Assembly (NCBI GenBank): GCA_963833985.1
Contig: CAWIAD010000001.1
Coordinates: forward strand, 1,824,001 to 1,888,000
Origin: an uncultured Planctomycetaceae bacterium
GTDB lineage: Bacteria; Planctomycetota; Planctomycetia; Isosphaerales; Isosphaeraceae
Length of the DNA: 64,000 nt
Direction of reading: 5' to 3'
The number at the start of each line of letters is the position of its first letter. Position 1 is the stretch's first letter. The notes beneath the pieces were generated by a model. It worked only from the letters and a program-made list of their open reading frames with translations. It was not told where the DNA came from and searched no databases. The translations under genes and the position numbers were made by a program. Shown in pieces: positions 61,421-64,000 of this stretch.

Positions 61421-62677
61421 ATGCTCGCCGCGCTCGCCGAACCGGTCGAGTCCACTTCCACCTCCACGTCCACGTCCGCCACGACCATATGCCCTGACCC
61501 GGCCAGCAAACGGGCCGAGGCCAGCCGGGCCAATGGGCGGCTGTCGCGCGGGCCGACTTCCCTGGCTGGGAAGGAACGCAGCCGGCGCAATGGCTGCAAG
61601 GAGGGGCTCACCGGCGCGGGGGTCGTTTTGCCGCCGGACGCGGACGCGGAGGTCGAACGCCGCGCGGCCGAGTTCAGCCGCGACTTCCGGCCGCGCAACG
61701 CGATCGAACGCGAGCTGGTGCGGCAGATGGCGCTCGGGGCCTGGCGCCGCGAGGTGCTGTTCACGCGGATCCTCCGGCATGACGCCCGCAGCAACGCCGC
61801 CCGGTTCGCCACCTGGGAGCAGGATGAGCGCATTGCCGCGACCGAGAACGGCCGCCGGCTGGGCGACGACCCCGAGGGTGCCGTCGCGCGGCTTCAGCGC
61901 AGCTCGGCCGGCTGCGACTGGCTGGTCGGACGCTGGACGCTGCTGGGCAACGGCCTGCTCTCAAGCGACGGCGACGAAGGCGGGCCGGGCTGCACCTGGA
62001 CCGATGCCGACCTGGCCCTGGCCCTGGCGCTGGACCTGCTGGGCCTGCCGGCCGAGCTGCGCCACCTGGATCGCCAGGCAGCCAGCGTGCGGTCGCTGTG
62101 CGCGCAGGCCCGGTCGGGCTCGGACGAGGCGGTGGACGGGCTGCTTGAAATCGTCGCGGAGCAGGTGGCCGAGCTGGAACATCGGAGTGAGGAGGTGTGG
62201 GAAGGGGTCGAGCAGCCGCGGCTGGAGGACTGGCGCTCGGGAGTGGAGATGGACCTGGGGCCCGAGGGGACGCGGCTGCGCCGCTATGAAGCGGCCGCCG
62301 ATCGGCTCTTCCGCTCGGCGTGGACCAAGCTGGAGGGGCTGCGGAAGGAGCGCGGAGTGCCCTTGATGCACCGTTCCGAACGCGAGCCTGCCGCCGAGCC
62401 CGCCGCGCGGCCCGAACCGCCCGCGTCGCCTTCCCCCGAGCCGGCTCCCCGCGCTGTGGCCCCGCCGCCGGTGCGTCCTGAGACTGCCGTGTCAGCCCCG
62501 GCGGTGCGGAACGATCCATCCCCGGTGCTCGATTTCTGGATCGGCGGCCCGCCCACGGCCGGGACCGGGACCGGGACCGCGCTCGACGCTGACGAGCTGT
62601 TCCCGAACAAGACGAACCCGGCGCCAGGCCGGCCGGCGCACGGAGCCCAGGCCGCCAGGTGCGGAAAACCTCGGTAG
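61421..62677 (+). CDS. Planctomycete-type hypothetical protein
   Basis: AAGGAG RBS; ASRANGRLSRGPTSLAGKERSRRNGCKEGLTG N-terminal motif; RLRRYEAAADRLF; Pro-rich tail. Confidence 0.75.
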   Translation: MLAALAEPVESTSTSTSTSATTICPDPASKRAEASRANGRLSRGPTSLAGKERSRRNGCKEGLTGAGVVLPPDADAEVERRAAEFSRDFRPRNAIERELVRQMALGAWRREVLFTRILRHDARSNAARFATWEQDERIAATENGRRLGDDPEGAVARLQRSSAGCDWLVGRWTLLGNGLLSSDGDEGGPGCTWTDADLALALALDLLGLPAELRHLDRQAASVRSLCAQARSGSDEAVDGLLEIVAEQVAELEHRSEEVWEGVEQPRLEDWRSGVEMDLGPEGTRLRRYEAAADRLFRSAWTKLEGLRKERGVPLMHRSEREPAAEPAARPEPPASPSPEPAPRAVAPPPVRPETAVSAPAVRNDPSPVLDFWIGGPPTAGTGTGTALDADELFPNKTNPAPGRPAHGAQAARCGKPR

Positions 62678-62935
62678 CAACCTTGTGGACCCGGATCGGT
62701 CCGCCAGGTTTCACCGTAGACTGTAGACTGAGGTCGGACAGGAACGGGCCGCCCGGCCAGCCGTTCGGGGCCTGGACCATTGCTTCCGGCACACGGCCGG
62801 TGCGATAGTCAGTCGTCAGGTCACGTTGTGGGTCGCGACTGTGATGCGGCAGAGAGTGCAGCCACAGCCCGGAGCGGCTCCTTCGTTCCGTGCGGCTGGG
62901 CGTGCAGGGCCTCGTCTCGAGGATCGTAGAGCATC

Positions 62936-63787
62936 ATGATCGAACCAGTTCGCCAGGGTCCTGAGCTGCTCATGGAGATTGAGAGGACCAAACCGCCTCC
63001 AGGTTCGCTCTCGGTCTGGTGGTTGGGGCAGAGCGGGTTCCTGATCAAGTCCCGGAGTGGAATACTGGTCATCGATCCCTATCTCTCGGAATCTCTCACC
63101 CGGAAATACCAGGACACCGCGCGGCCGCACATCCGCATGACCCGCGCTCCGCTGTGCGGACGCGACCTGAAGACGGTCGACCTGGTCCTGGCATCGCACA
63201 AGCATTCGGACCACCTTGATCCCGAGACGCTGGGCGAGCTGCTGGCGGCCTCGCCCAACGCCCTGCTGGTGCTGCCGGCCAGCTTGCTGGACCACGCCCT
63301 GGCCATCGGCCTGCCGGCGCATCGCCTCCAGGGGACCGACGCTGGGAAGGTCTGCGAGCGGGCCGGGTTCCACGTCCGCGCCATCCCCTCGGCGCACGAG
63401 CAGATCGACCGGGACGACCAGGGACGCCATCTTTACCTGGGGTACGTCATCGAGACCGAAGGGCTGAGGCTGTATCATAGTGGAGACAGTCTGGCCTATG
63501 ACGGGCTAGCCGGAGCGCTGGGGGCGGGGCCATTCGACGTGCTCTTCCTGCCCGTCAACGGCCGCGACCCCGCGCGGGGCGTGCCGGGCAACATGTCAGC
63601 GGCCGAGGCGGTGGAGCTGGCAAGGAGCGTGAGGACACGGTACCTGGTGCCTCATCACTACGAGATGTTTACATTCAACACTGTCCCCGTGGAGACGTTC
63701 CGGTCCGAGGCCCGCCGCTTGCCGCCGGGTGTCGCTCCGCTCGTTTTGCGCTGCGGGCAGCGGTGGGAGATACGGTCGTGGGCGTGA
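62936..63787 (+). CDS. MBL-fold metallo-hydrolase (UlaG-like)
   Basis: WLGQSGF, IDPYLS, SHKHSDHLD, YHSGD, VPHHYEMF. Confidence 0.9.
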   Translation: MIEPVRQGPELLMEIERTKPPPGSLSVWWLGQSGFLIKSRSGILVIDPYLSESLTRKYQDTARPHIRMTRAPLCGRDLKTVDLVLASHKHSDHLDPETLGELLAASPNALLVLPASLLDHALAIGLPAHRLQGTDAGKVCERAGFHVRAIPSAHEQIDRDDQGRHLYLGYVIETEGLRLYHSGDSLAYDGLAGALGAGPFDVLFLPVNGRDPARGVPGNMSAAEAVELARSVRTRYLVPHHYEMFTFNTVPVETFRSEARRLPPGVAPLVLRCGQRWEIRSWA

Positions 63788-64000
63788 CACTGGGCATCGA
63801 CATCGGGACCTCGGGCACGAAGACGCTGGCCATCGATGAGAAGGGGGCGATTCTGGCCTCGGCCTCGGCCGAGTATCCCTGCTCGCACCCGCATCCCGGC
63901 TGGTCCGAGCAGGACCCCGAGCTCTGGTGGCAGGGAACCGTCGAAACCCTGAGGAAGGTCCTGGCCGCGGGCACCTTCGCAGCTTCCGACGTGAAGGGAA
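63778..64000 (+). CDS. xylB: Xylulokinase / FGGY kinase, 3'-truncated by the window edge
   Basis: MGVTLGIDIGTSGTKTLAID...HPHPGWSEQDPELWW. Confidence 0.85.
   Translation, partial: MGVTLGIDIGTSGTKTLAIDEKGAILASASAEYPCSHPHPGWSEQDPELWWQGTVETLRKVLAAGTFAASDVKG

Overview
GC-rich bacterial chromosomal segment whose gene content (DUF1559 prepilin-like, DUF1501/DUF1549/DUF1553/PPC module, LEPR-XLL signal, DUF1570, Uma2, Ser/Thr kinase) points to a Planctomycete, probably Isosphaeraceae-like (inference). About 47 CDS can be supported: housekeeping genes (recJ, murB, ftsQ-like, a short secA, corA, ROK kinase, partial xylB), an IS1182-family element, a 235-bp MITE family, GTAG-type REP-like palindromes and several tandem repeats. 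No rRNA, tRNA or CRISPR array was found. About 11 genes carry 1-2 nt frameshifts, most likely sequencing/assembly errors. Most interesting: (i) a cluster encoding a class-III aminotransferase, an unannotated HPPD/HglS-like VOC-fold Fe(II) enzyme, a carboxyltransferase, AtuA-like proteins, a crotonase and a CoA ligase, i.e. a candidate undescribed catabolic pathway, interrupted by a divergent MNT/HEPN-like gene pair; (ii) a free-standing propeptide-like gene behind an S8 protease; (iii) nested REP/MITE/IS1182 elements around recJ and REP-anchored tandem amplifications; (iv) a repeated palindromic operator between an XRE/PBP regulator and a DUF1559 gene. All family assignments come from motif recognition by eye, not from database searches.
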